Below are positions 25,688-34,188 of a stretch of DNA of 64,000 nt, piece by piece. The position numbers and the translations under genes are program-made. The stretch comes from an uncultured Clostridia bacterium (GTDB lineage: Bacteria > Bacillota > Clostridia > Christensenellales > Borkfalkiaceae). The stretch's first letter is position 1. Each line of letters opens with the position of its first letter. The stretch covers positions 9,733 through 73,732 of the forward strand of contig CALGVF010000082.1 of assembly GCA_937920115.1 (NCBI GenBank), in the 5' to 3' direction. The notes under the pieces are model-generated. The model searched no databases and had not been told where the DNA came from. It saw nothing but the letters and a program-made list of their open reading frames with translations.

Positions 25688-26350
25688 ATGAATATTAATT
25701 ATCCCTATAATCTAATTTTAAAACTATTCGGTAAGTCCATCGACGGAATCGATATCGAGAACTTTACCGCTAACTTCCACAAAGCCGCAACTGCCGCAGG
25801 CGTTTCTCCACGCGATATCGATATCGTTTTGCTTCACGAACGCGACGGCTGGTCTTACGCTATGATAAGCAAAAAATATTCCTGTTCGCGTCAAGCCGCT
25901 CAGGTTTGGCTTCATAAGGCAATAAACACTATCGGTAAAGTCGAGTTCAAGCGGTTCTTTTATTTGCCTTGTGTTGCCGAAAATCCACTCACAGAGCCTA
26001 CTTATAATTCTATCGCGCCGGAAAATCCGCTCAACGATAAAATATCCGAACATTGCTTTCCTTACCGATATATCTGCGCGCTCGAAAAAGCCGGATATAC
26101 GTATATCTCGGATATCGCAAAACTCAGTCGCGCCGAACTGCGCAAAATAAAAGGCGTAGGCTCGACCGGGGCTGTTTTAATCGAAGCCGTTCTCAAAGAT
26201 ATGGCAATACCGCGCACTTCCCACGAGGTTCTTTACGCGATAACCGAACTCGCTAAGAAATATAAAATTTCGTATCTTAACGTCGAGTATACCGCAAAGT
26301 ATCTTCAGACGCTCGAATCTTATGCAAATAAATCGGAGGATGAGTATTGA
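25688..26350 (+). CDS. Transcription factor: sigma-70 region-4-like HTH fused to an RNAP alpha-CTD-like helix-hairpin-helix
   Basis: 220 aa from the ATG at 25688. The r4-like part is SPRDIDIVLLHERDGWSYAMISKKYSCSRQAAQVWLHKAINTI. The alpha-CTD-like part is YICALEKAGYTYISDIAKLSRAELRKIKGVGSTGAVLIEAVL. Confidence 0.55.
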   Translation: MNINYPYNLILKLFGKSIDGIDIENFTANFHKAATAAGVSPRDIDIVLLHERDGWSYAMISKKYSCSRQAAQVWLHKAINTIGKVEFKRFFYLPCVAENPLTEPTYNSIAPENPLNDKISEHCFPYRYICALEKAGYTYISDIAKLSRAELRKIKGVGSTGAVLIEAVLKDMAIPRTSHEVLYAITELAKKYKISYLNVEYTAKYLQTLESYANKSEDEY

Positions 26351-26351
26351 T

Positions 26352-26669
26352 ATGTTTTTACGCTTCGTAACAAAAAAAGACTACGCCGCTATGCTCTACA
26401 CCGTTCTGTCGCATCAGGCGTATATGTGGTACCCCGGGAAAAGTTCTGCTCTCGATATGAAAGCAAACTCTACACTCAAGAAACTGCTCTGTAAAAAGAA
26501 GTATCTTTTTAGCGACGATTCTCCGCTTAAAGAACAGCCCACTCGTCGCGGGTTTCAACTTCTGCTCGATTTCGGGTTCGCTTTACCGAAATATCGTAAG
26601 GAATTAAAACTGCTCAAAAACGGCGAAAAGATTCCGCTACTCGGCGAGGATTCTATCTATTATATCTGA
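26352..26669 (+). CDS. Hypothetical protein
   Basis: 105 aa from the ATG at 26352 (RBS ggagga). Confidence 0.5.
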   Translation: MFLRFVTKKDYAAMLYTVLSHQAYMWYPGKSSALDMKANSTLKKLLCKKKYLFSDDSPLKEQPTRRGFQLLLDFGFALPKYRKELKLLKNGEKIPLLGEDSIYYI

Positions 26670-26680
26670 CTTTTGCAATT

Positions 26681-26712
26681 AACCGGCGACGATTTCGTTT
26701 CCGGTTCTTTTG
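26681..26712 (+). terminator. Rho-independent terminator
   Basis: AACCGG (26681-86) / CCGGTT (26701-06) followed by CTTTTG. Confidence 0.5.
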
Positions 26713-26795
26713 CTTACTACAATACTTTTTTAATAAAACGCCTTGCAATGCGTTACATTGCGACGCGTTAAATACTAATAAAGGAAACATATATT

Positions 26796-27293
26796 ATGGC
26801 ATTAGCAAAAAACAATACGACCGGCGTGACCGGCGTTACCTTTGAAAACTATTCGCATAAGTATCGCGCATACGTTCATTTAGGCGGCGAAAAAATCTCA
26901 CTCGGGTATTTCGATACTTTATCCGAAGCCGCAAAAGCCCGCTCCGACGCTCAGCAGTTTTACAAGACACCGCTCGTCAGCAGACTTCGGCTTGTGGACT
27001 TTCTTTCAAAGAAATACGGACTGACTGCCGACTATACGCTTTCGGGCGTTTTAGACGCTCTCAAGGCTTATAAATTCGGCAACGAAAGTTTTCCTACGTT
27101 TGCTATCAATTATTTCAAAAATGCGGGTACGTTCTACTCTGAGCCTGTCTATCCGGAAATGCCCACACTGCTGCAGTGGATGAACGGAATGAGTATGATT
27201 CGGATATCCAAAACGACCGGACAGACACCTACCGAAGTAAAGCAAACGCTTCTGACGTCTATCTCTCAATTAAGGGGACCTCGGGTATGCTGA
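26796..27293 (+). CDS. AP2-domain DNA-binding protein with C-terminal HTH-like segment
   Basis: NTTGVTGVTFENYSHKYRAYVHLGGEKISLGYFDTLSEAAKAR is an AP2/ERF-type motif. No HNH motif was seen. Confidence 0.65.
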   Translation: MALAKNNTTGVTGVTFENYSHKYRAYVHLGGEKISLGYFDTLSEAAKARSDAQQFYKTPLVSRLRLVDFLSKKYGLTADYTLSGVLDALKAYKFGNESFPTFAINYFKNAGTFYSEPVYPEMPTLLQWMNGMSMIRISKTTGQTPTEVKQTLLTSISQLRGPRVC

Positions 27294-27502
27294 TATTATT
27301 AATATTTATATTTGCGGGACTACTTGAAATCGGGATTATCGCCTCGGTTTTCATACCGTATTTTCGTTACAAAGCATACAAAGATATCGAGCGCGAAACT
27401 TTGCTGAGCAAAAACGATAAGAAAAACTCTTCCGAAAACTTTCCAAAATCCGACGAATCGGACGACGAAAATTCTGCCTCAAAAAAAAACCACAATATAT
27501 AG
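27287..27502 (+). CDS. Small TM protein with acidic tail
   Basis: 71 aa from the ATG at 27287 (RBS aagggga). TM helix LILLIFIFAGLLEIGIIASVFI. Confidence 0.45.
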   Translation: MLILLIFIFAGLLEIGIIASVFIPYFRYKAYKDIERETLLSKNDKKNSSENFPKSDESDDENSASKKNHNI

Positions 27503-27722
27503 TGGAAATTTTCTGAGCGGCTTTTGGATTTTACGATTTTGGGGCGACGGCTTACGTATTTTTAAGTAATATTTCGAACTGATTTTAATTATTTTTCGAT
27601 ACAATCTGCGTGGGATTTTCCTATGCAGATTTTTCTTTTTGCTTTATTTTTGGGATTTGATTTGCTTTATTTATGTTTTGCGATTCATTCTGCGTTCGAC
27701 TTTCGGGCTTTCATATTATATA

Positions 27723-27755
27723 ATGCGCATACGCATACACACATGCGCGCGCGTA
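27723..27755. repeat. 33-nt perfect alternating purine-pyrimidine tract
   Basis: ATGCGCATACGCATACACACATGCGCGCGCGTA. A shorter 22-nt copy lies at 28176-28197. Confidence 0.85.
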
Positions 27756-28022
27756 GGAAATACCTTTTCACATATCTTTTTATAAGGCTTTGCGTATGTT
27801 TGTCTTTTTAATATCCACACTTCAGATTAATTTATTTTTTGAGTTATTTTAGGCAAATGTCCCCCCTTTTTGCTTTTCGCTTGTCAACGTTTGTCAATTT
27901 GTAAATTATCTATATCTTGCTACGTTTTTATCACTCTGAAATAATGTCGGGAAATCACTTACATACCACCCCCGTTTTTTTTAGTCAGTTATATAAAAAA
28001 AAGTTGGCTTTTGCCTTTAAAG

Positions 28023-28054
28023 AAACTGCCTAAATGAAAAATAAACTGCCTAAA
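28023..28054 (-). promoter_or_regulatory. Two iterons AAACTGCCTAAA (reverse complement of the 38988-39064 iterons)
   Basis: Copies at 28023-34 and 28043-54, 20 bp apart. Confidence 0.6.
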
Positions 28055-28529
28055 ATGCCTCTTTTTGACACTTTTTTGAAGTTTAAGTGCCTATCCGTTT
28101 TTGCAAAAATCGTAGATAATTTCTAATGAAACGCTCGCTCTCACGCGCAATATTATGTATAATTTTATATTAATCTACATGCGTATACATACATGTAAGG
28201 AAGATAATGTGCGTGAATACATAATTTTTCGTGATTTATGGAAAAAAAGAAAAAAAAATAAAGATAAATACAGAAGATTTTGAGAAAATTTAAAATTGCA
28301 CTTAAAATTGAATTGGCTTGAAAAATTAAAATTATGTCAGTTAGAAGTTTGCAATATTTTAAAAAATTCGGGGCTGTCAATCAAAAAACTGCGAAATTTG
28401 CAATTTTTTGTTTTGGCTCGCTTTCGGTTGCGTATCATGCGTATGAGGACGTTCGTTTGCTCTCGGCGGCTTCCCCGTTTGATTTTCGTCGCACCAAAAA
28501 AATTTTTTCGGAAATTTGCAAAAAAACTC

Positions 28530-28558
28530 TTGACATTCCCGTTTCGGTGTGCTATACT
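28530..28558 (+). promoter_or_regulatory. Promoter of the 28.6-33.2 kb rightward operon
   Basis: TTGACA (28530-35), 17-nt spacer, TATACT (28553-58). The upstream AAAAACTCT is shared with the promoter at 39622. Confidence 0.6.
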
Positions 28559-28644
28559 CAAGGCGAATAACGGGTTCGGAGTTTTCGCTCTTCGCTCGTT
28601 ACTTCGTAAAATTTTGACTCTTATCTCGGAGGCTTTCTACCCCT

Positions 28645-29421
28645 ATGCAATCTTCCGATAACTTCGACAACGCTGTAGTTTCGCAATTTCTTTCCGATTG
28701 TGGTTTCTCGCTTGATGTGTCTGCCACGTCGGATTCTTTGGGTTCTTTAACTACTCCCGCGTCTTGTGTTCACACCCAGCCCGCATTATTTCCCTCGATC
28801 GCTTATCGCCATCGTCTGCGTTGCTTTACCCTTTACTTTCAAGGTCCTCAACGCTGCGGACTTCAACGCTTCAATTTCTACGAAGCCGACTTCTTAGCCG
28901 CTTTCGAGAACTCTAAATTCCTCAGGCTCGTTTCGTCCTCTCTCGACGACGATTCCCGAGTGCCTTTCGACAAGTCCGATTTCTTTGACGATTCCGCTCT
29001 TGCCGCTTACCCTAAACTCGTTTTTAAGTTCTTTTCCGTTACACCAACCGTTCTCAACCTCGCTAAACGACTCGATAAAAAACGGAAACGGAAAATCTTT
29101 CTCCATCCTAAACTCGCCGCAGTCCATAAGGCTCTCGGCGTCTATTCCTACTCGGATGCCTCCGTTGCCTATCGCGCTAAACATCCTCGCAATTCGCAAT
29201 CTCAGGTCCCTCCCGATTCGGTATATTCCCAAATTCAGTCCCCCTCGCCTAATATGCTCACCATCGTTCGCAAAGCCGCCGAAGCTCACGACCTCAATTG
29301 GTTCCATTTGTATTTCGACGAGTTTCTTGATATGATTGGCAGAAAGGCGGTTACAAGGCGAATTCGCGACGAGGTCGAGAAAGACTTCAGGAAAAGAGTA
29401 AACGAGGCTCAGAGGGGCTAA
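28645..29421 (+). CDS. Hypothetical Ser/Leu/Phe-rich protein
   Basis: 258-aa ORF downstream of the promoter. Pyrimidine-rich sense strand. Two overlapping alternative-frame ORFs make this call less certain. Confidence 0.4.
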   Translation: MQSSDNFDNAVVSQFLSDCGFSLDVSATSDSLGSLTTPASCVHTQPALFPSIAYRHRLRCFTLYFQGPQRCGLQRFNFYEADFLAAFENSKFLRLVSSSLDDDSRVPFDKSDFFDDSALAAYPKLVFKFFSVTPTVLNLAKRLDKKRKRKIFLHPKLAAVHKALGVYSYSDASVAYRAKHPRNSQSQVPPDSVYSQIQSPSPNMLTIVRKAAEAHDLNWFHLYFDEFLDMIGRKAVTRRIRDEVEKDFRKRVNEAQRG

Positions 29422-29442
29422 AGAGGGCTTCAGAGAGGCATT

Positions 29443-29586
29443 ATGAATTCGGGCAATACACTCGGTTTCGGACAATTTGGATTGCTTCGTTTCCTCTGTG
29501 TGGTCCTTCTTTCGTTTATTGCAAATTACTCCGTTTTGGTAAATTCTTTGCCATTTTTGGACTCTGAATTTTCCATTTTCGGTTAA
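29443..29586 (+). CDS. Small hydrophobic protein (47 aa), tentative
   Basis: ATG preceded by agagagg. Below the track cutoff. Confidence 0.3.
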   Translation: MNSGNTLGFGQFGLLRFLCVVLLSFIANYSVLVNSLPFLDSEFSIFG

Positions 29587-29618
29587 TATATTTTTTCTCA
29601 AAGGTGGTGCTTTTCTCT

Positions 29619-30155
29619 ATGCCGAATAACGACTTCGATAACGATTTCCTCGATAACGATTCCGACGTCGTCACAGTCAAAAATCACCCCCCCGCTCCCG
29701 ACTCCTCCGACTTCGCCGCTTCTTCTAAAAAAGGCTATAAGTCCGATGTCGAACCTAAGGTCTATATGGACCTCCTCCGTAAGCCTAATCGCCCCGATAA
29801 GCATATCAAAAACTTCGACTTCACTCTCGAGGACTTCGAAAACCTTTGCTCTGTGTGGACTCCTAAAAAAGACTTCACTCTCTTACTGCACTGCTCCGCT
29901 TCGGACCTCGATAAGTTTTGCAATATCGCCTATAATATGAATTTCAACGATACCTATGCTAACCTCATAGGCGTCGCTAATCTCTGGGCAAGACGCGCTA
30001 TCTCTAACCTCGCTCAACGCGGGAATAATACCGCTATGGCTTGCATGATTAAGCACTTTATGAAACTCGACGACAACGTCGCTCCCCAACCCTCTGTTAC
30101 CATTATCAACGATTTGGGTTCGGGTAAATATAATGATAAAAATAATAATAAATAA
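29619..30155 (+). CDS. Small-terminase-like / HTH DNA-packaging protein (tentative)
   Basis: 178 aa from the ATG at 29619. WARRAISNLAQRGNNTAMACMIKHFMKLDD resembles the terS motif ...A..GN..A.IF.LKN. Lies just upstream of the portal. Confidence 0.4.
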   Translation: MPNNDFDNDFLDNDSDVVTVKNHPPAPDSSDFAASSKKGYKSDVEPKVYMDLLRKPNRPDKHIKNFDFTLEDFENLCSVWTPKKDFTLLLHCSASDLDKFCNIAYNMNFNDTYANLIGVANLWARRAISNLAQRGNNTAMACMIKHFMKLDDNVAPQPSVTIINDLGSGKYNDKNNNK

Positions 30156-30169
30156 GGAGAGTTTTTACT

Positions 30170-30325
30170 ATGATTGATAGGTTTGCAAGGGAATTGCTTG
30201 CCTCTCAGGGAGAACGGAATCATTTTACGCGCGCTCTTATTGTTCGTACAGTAACTCCTTTAAAAATCGGTGAAACACCGGCTACAAACGAAGCGGTGAA
30301 GTACACCGATTTTTTTATACAATAA
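30170..30325 (+). CDS. Small protein (51 aa), tentative
   Basis: ATG with a strong RBS aaggagag. Confidence 0.4.
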   Translation: MIDRFARELLASQGERNHFTRALIVRTVTPLKIGETPATNEAVKYTDFFIQ

Positions 30326-30408
30326 GGTGGAAACCGAGTAAGCAGGAATGTAATAAAGATTATCCATTTTTAATAAAATGCGACTGGTTTATCGGTGGAA
30401 AGATTAGA

Positions 30409-30723
30409 GTGAGTAGTTATGAGGGATTGCAAAATGCGGCACAAAAAAATCCTTGGATAAAATTCCTCGTAGAATATACCACAATAAGCGTTCACGATTT
30501 TGCTCGAGCCAAAGCAAATCAGTTAATATCGTTTCCATTTTTTTTAAATTATACGAAATACGAATCGGAAATGCGCGCACAGATTCCGAATTGCCCAACT
30601 TACTACCCTTTTTATACCCCATATGAAGAATCAATGCGACAAGTTGAGTATAGAGAAGGCGTTTATATTAATAAAGGTAAAATGACCGAAAAAGAGAGGT
30701 TCAAAGGACTTTATGACGATTAA
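30409..30723 (+). CDS. Hypothetical protein (GTG start)
   Basis: 104-aa ORF with RBS ggtggaaag. Its end overlaps the portal start. Confidence 0.4.
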   Translation: MSSYEGLQNAAQKNPWIKFLVEYTTISVHDFARAKANQLISFPFFLNYTKYESEMRAQIPNCPTYYPFYTPYEESMRQVEYREGVYINKGKMTEKERFKGLYDD

Positions 30724-32395
30724 GGAATGGTTTCAGAAGAAGTTGTTCGGACGTAGCGGGATAGCGAAAGAGAACGGAAAGCCCGACCCCGAGCGACTGA
30801 CTTTTATAAATAATAATGACGCGCTCACACGTACACGTATACGCGAATATAATATATGGTACGGTGGGGACGGTGACGAATTACTGAATTACTATACCCA
30901 CGCGAATATGTACGAAGCAAACTACGAGCCGTTTTATGCGAGAAACAAGAGAAGTTACTTTTGGGCGATATCGTCGACCGAAACGGATATCAAGAGAACG
31001 CATAGCGGACAGCCCCGGAACATAGTCGATACGCTTGTGGGGATATGCCGATTTCCGACGATAAGTTCGAAAGTTACCGGGGACGGGCAGAACATAGTCG
31101 ACGCGAACCTGAGAAAGATAATCGAAGAGGGGCGGCTGAAAGACGTGTACAGACAGGAACAGTTACCGCTAACGTTAGTCGAGGGTTGGGGCTGTTATAA
31201 AATATGTTGGGATAAAGACATATCGGATTATCCGTTCGCAACATATTACAGAGCAGAGAACGTCGACTTTATATATAAAAGCAATCGGATAGTGAGTGTG
31301 GTTTTTAAAGATTACTACACAGCAGAAGATGGGAAACAGTATATGCTCGCCGAAACGCGAAGCATAAAATACGATAAAGACGAAGATAACCGTTATCTTG
31401 CGATCGAATACGAATTGTTCAGACTATCGGGAAGCGACGATGACATAGCCGCCGCCGAAAAAATAGACTTGAAAAGCATAGAGAAGTTCGCAGAGTTGCA
31501 GGATATGAAAGTGTCGAACTGCAATTTACTGCTCGCAGTGCCTTGTATCTTATTTGCGAATACGTCGAAAGTCGGCGGGTACGGCAGATCGATATTCACA
31601 GGCAAAATCGATTTGTTCGATGATTTGGATCAGTGCTTATCGCAAGCATCGAACAGTGTGAGAAAATCCACACCAGTTGAATACTTCAATGCAGATTATC
31701 TCGAGAGGGATCCGAAAACGGGAATGCCGATACAGCCGCATGCGTATGACCGAAAGTATACGATAATAAACGGACAGCGGAATTCGGATGGAACGAGTAC
31801 GGGCGAAGCCGTGCAGACGACGCAACCGAATATCGACTTCGGGCAGTACAGCGAGCAAGCCGTGCAGATACTCTTACAAATCATAAACGGTGTAATGTCG
31901 CCGGCGACGTTGGGAATCGATATAGCAAAGAAAGACAACGCCGAGGCTCAACGTGAGAAAGAAAAAGTAACGATATTCACGCGAAACGGGATAATCGATA
32001 GCGAAACGCTGATCCTGAAATCTTTGTGTTCGCAGTTACTGTGTGCGAAAGAGTTGATGGACAGCGAGAAGATAACCGTTCGGGACTACGATATATCGGT
32101 GAAGTTCAGCGAGTTTGCAGACGATAGTTATGAGAACAAACTCGAAAAACTCGGAGCGGCTTTGGACGCGCAGTGCATTTCCGAAGAAATGTATATGGCA
32201 AAACTGTACGGCGATACACTTCCGGCAGACGAATTCGAGCGCGAAAAGCAGTGGCTAATCGAACATCATACGCGTCCGCGTGACGAGGGAATGCTCGGAA
32301 TAGCCGGCGGCGGGGCTAATTTACCCGGGATGAACGGCGAACCGACGCTCGAAAACGAGGCAAACGGCGAAATCGGCGCAGAAGAAAACGTATAA
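30713..32395 (+). CDS. Portal protein
   Basis: 560 aa. Size, head-module position and acidic C-terminus fit SPP1-gp6-like portals. Confidence 0.75.
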   Translation: MTIKEWFQKKLFGRSGIAKENGKPDPERLTFINNNDALTRTRIREYNIWYGGDGDELLNYYTHANMYEANYEPFYARNKRSYFWAISSTETDIKRTHSGQPRNIVDTLVGICRFPTISSKVTGDGQNIVDANLRKIIEEGRLKDVYRQEQLPLTLVEGWGCYKICWDKDISDYPFATYYRAENVDFIYKSNRIVSVVFKDYYTAEDGKQYMLAETRSIKYDKDEDNRYLAIEYELFRLSGSDDDIAAAEKIDLKSIEKFAELQDMKVSNCNLLLAVPCILFANTSKVGGYGRSIFTGKIDLFDDLDQCLSQASNSVRKSTPVEYFNADYLERDPKTGMPIQPHAYDRKYTIINGQRNSDGTSTGEAVQTTQPNIDFGQYSEQAVQILLQIINGVMSPATLGIDIAKKDNAEAQREKEKVTIFTRNGIIDSETLILKSLCSQLLCAKELMDSEKITVRDYDISVKFSEFADDSYENKLEKLGAALDAQCISEEMYMAKLYGDTLPADEFEREKQWLIEHHTRPRDEGMLGIAGGGANLPGMNGEPTLENEANGEIGAEENV

Positions 32396-32404
32396 ATTAG
32401 TGTG

Positions 32405-32440
32405 GCGGACGAGAGAAAAGCGGTCTTTCGTCCGTTTTTT
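32405..32440 (+). terminator. Rho-independent terminator
   Basis: CGGACGA (32405-11) / TCGTCCG (32427-33) followed by TTTTTT. Confidence 0.65.
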
Positions 32441-32475
32441 ATTAAGCAATACCGTGCTAATCAGGTGAAATTCTA

Positions 32476-33237
32476 ATGAAAGTTAAGCAAAACCCACTAA
32501 CAATTTTAGACTACAAGCGGATGACGGACGAAGCGTTTAAGGCAATAGTAGACGGAATAGAGCGAAAAACGAGCATATCGGAGTTTGAAAAGTCCTATAG
32601 CCGTGCGTTAAAAATGTATAATTATGCAAAAAAAGGTGAATATTATGCAATTTTAGACGCTGTTATGCAAGTCTACCGTGCCACTAAAAGAGCAACCGAG
32701 AGCGGAAAATGGACGGATATTTTGGCTCAGACTGCGACGTTCAATCGGATATTTTATGCCTGCAAGAGATCCTCGGAAAGTACGCGGATCGAGGTCAAAA
32801 AGGACGCCGTTCGCCGTGCGTTTGATAGGGGCTTTATATTCTTTATCTGCACAACGCACCCGAATTCAGCGAGCGATCACCGCGACCTGCAAGGCAAAAT
32901 TTACGTCGATAAAAATTGGCGTTCGCGGGTGAAGCCTGAACTGTATCTTGCCGTGCTATCGTACATTGAACTGCGGCATATTATGACGGTTCAGGAAGTT
33001 ATGGGAAAGCCGTATTGGCTGACTACTCGTCCGTATTGCGGGCATCGACTGAAGCCGATTCCTATCCGTACCGTGCTTGATACTCCGCAAAATTTGCTCG
33101 TTCAGACATACGCGGAAGTCAAGCCAAAGCGGATTACGAGCGAGCAGGACTACTATAATTTCCGTCGGGAAGTGTATCAGAAACTGTACGACCGAGTACC
33201 CGTGCAAGCATTCGACCGCAAGCGACGCACAAAATAG
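32476..33237 (+). CDS. Minor head / head-morphogenesis-like protein (tentative)
   Basis: 253 aa directly after the portal, with RBS aggtga. Only weak resemblance to the gp7/MuF class. Confidence 0.45.
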   Translation: MKVKQNPLTILDYKRMTDEAFKAIVDGIERKTSISEFEKSYSRALKMYNYAKKGEYYAILDAVMQVYRATKRATESGKWTDILAQTATFNRIFYACKRSSESTRIEVKKDAVRRAFDRGFIFFICTTHPNSASDHRDLQGKIYVDKNWRSRVKPELYLAVLSYIELRHIMTVQEVMGKPYWLTTRPYCGHRLKPIPIRTVLDTPQNLLVQTYAEVKPKRITSEQDYYNFRREVYQKLYDRVPVQAFDRKRRTK

Positions 33238-33272
33238 AAAACCTTAGAATTTATGCGGGGTTTTGCGAGGCA

Positions 33273-33328
33273 ATGTATCTATTTTGTAGGTGTAAGCCCG
33301 TGCGGGATGTATCCGTTTTGTAGGGGTA
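33273..33328. repeat. Two 22-nt direct repeats
   Basis: ATGTATCTATTTTGTAGGTGTA (33273-94) and ATGTATCCGTTTTGTAGGGGTA (33307-28). Confidence 0.8.
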
Positions 33329-33421
33329 CTTACAGGCTTTGCTATGTGGAATATTACATACCGATATATTGCGGACGTGATACCGCGAGCCGTGCAAGTC
33401 ATATCAATACAGAGTAATAAA

Positions 33422-33446
33422 GGACGGACTTCCCGCCGTCCTTTTC
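33422..33446. terminator. Bidirectional terminator at the convergent junction
   Basis: GGACGG (33422-27) / CCGTCC (33436-41), flanked by T-runs on both strands. Confidence 0.6.
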
Positions 33447-33454
33447 TGTTGCCC

Positions 33455-33670
33455 TCAGAACATCTCGTTCTCGACCTTTTGGATAACCTCAAACAATGCG
33501 CTTTGGCTTGCTTTAAACGACTCGTAAGCGTTACCACCCGCCGCCGCGAACTTGCTTTCGTTGCTTGCGTTATCCGTGTAGATTGCCTTTAATTGTCTGA
33601 GCGATAAGATGCCGAACGCGTACATTCTGCGGTATAATCCGTAATATAACTCGCGTTGCTTTTCGTCCAT
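33455..33670 (-). CDS. Hypothetical protein (71 aa)
   Basis: ATG at 33670 with RBS aaggggtgag. Last gene of cassette 1. Confidence 0.5.
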   Translation of the reverse strand: MDEKQRELYYGLYRRMYAFGILSLRQLKAIYTDNASNESKFAAAGGNAYESFKASQSALFEVIQKVENEMF

Positions 33671-33681
33671 TATCTCACCCC

Positions 33682-33816
33682 TTATAAATTCCCGTTTATG
33701 AGCATACCGAGGGCGAAAAAGCCCGCGATAAATGCCCATAACGCTAAGTTTATTAGTATTCCTTTTATGCTCGGAAATGGTTGCTTGTTGCCATAATCTA
33801 AGAATTTACGATCCAT
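33682..33816 (-). CDS. Small TM protein (44 aa), tentative
   Basis: MDRKFLDYGNKQPFPSIKGILINLALWAFIAGFFALGMLINGNL with RBS aaaggaag. Confidence 0.4.
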   Translation of the reverse strand: MDRKFLDYGNKQPFPSIKGILINLALWAFIAGFFALGMLINGNL

Positions 33817-33849
33817 TGCGTTCTACTTCCTTTATGTATATTTATGCAA

Positions 33850-34161
33850 TTAAAGCATTTCGCTTGCTGACGGAACGTAAAAATGGATTTCAGATTTTCC
33901 GTTCACTTCTCCGTCCATCCATTCGTTATTATAAGAGAGTTTAACCGTTGCGCCCCAACCGCTTTTATTTGCAACTTGTATCGCGTAATTCGGGTTAACT
34001 TTCTCGCCCGTTGCCCATACACCCTGATGTAATACAACATAGGGATATTGCTTTATAAAATCCATAAGGGATCTTTCGATATCATCTTCCGGAAATTTAA
34101 ACGTTTTGTTTTCGTCAATGTGTCCGAGTTCTAACAAGTTAATATCTTTAAATTCTGTCAT
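33850..34161 (-). CDS. Hypothetical protein (103 aa)
   Basis: First gene of cassette 1. RBS aaaggag lies downstream of the promoter at 34192-34220. Confidence 0.55.
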   Translation of the reverse strand: MTEFKDINLLELGHIDENKTFKFPEDDIERSLMDFIKQYPYVVLHQGVWATGEKVNPNYAIQVANKSGWGATVKLSYNNEWMDGEVNGKSEIHFYVPSASEML

Positions 34162-34188
34162 TAATATAAATCTCCTTTCTTTTATGGT

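Noticed and set aside
27623-28570. Short ORFs in the first AT-rich region (27623-27811, 28165-28380 on the minus strand, 28296-28661, 28334-28570, 28337-28561 on the minus strand), and 38678-38992 and 39459-39680 in the second
   Set aside because: They have no RBS, overlap promoters and repeats, and have low-complexity translations. I treated these regions as non-coding regulatory DNA.
28894-29601. 235-aa minus-strand ORF and the 116-aa alternate-frame ORF (28985-29335) overlapping the 258-aa plus-strand ORF
   Set aside because: The minus-strand ORF has a TTG start and no RBS, and it lies opposite to the promoter at 28530. Long open antisense frames are expected from the strong pyrimidine bias here. 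The plus-strand gene call itself is only moderately confident.
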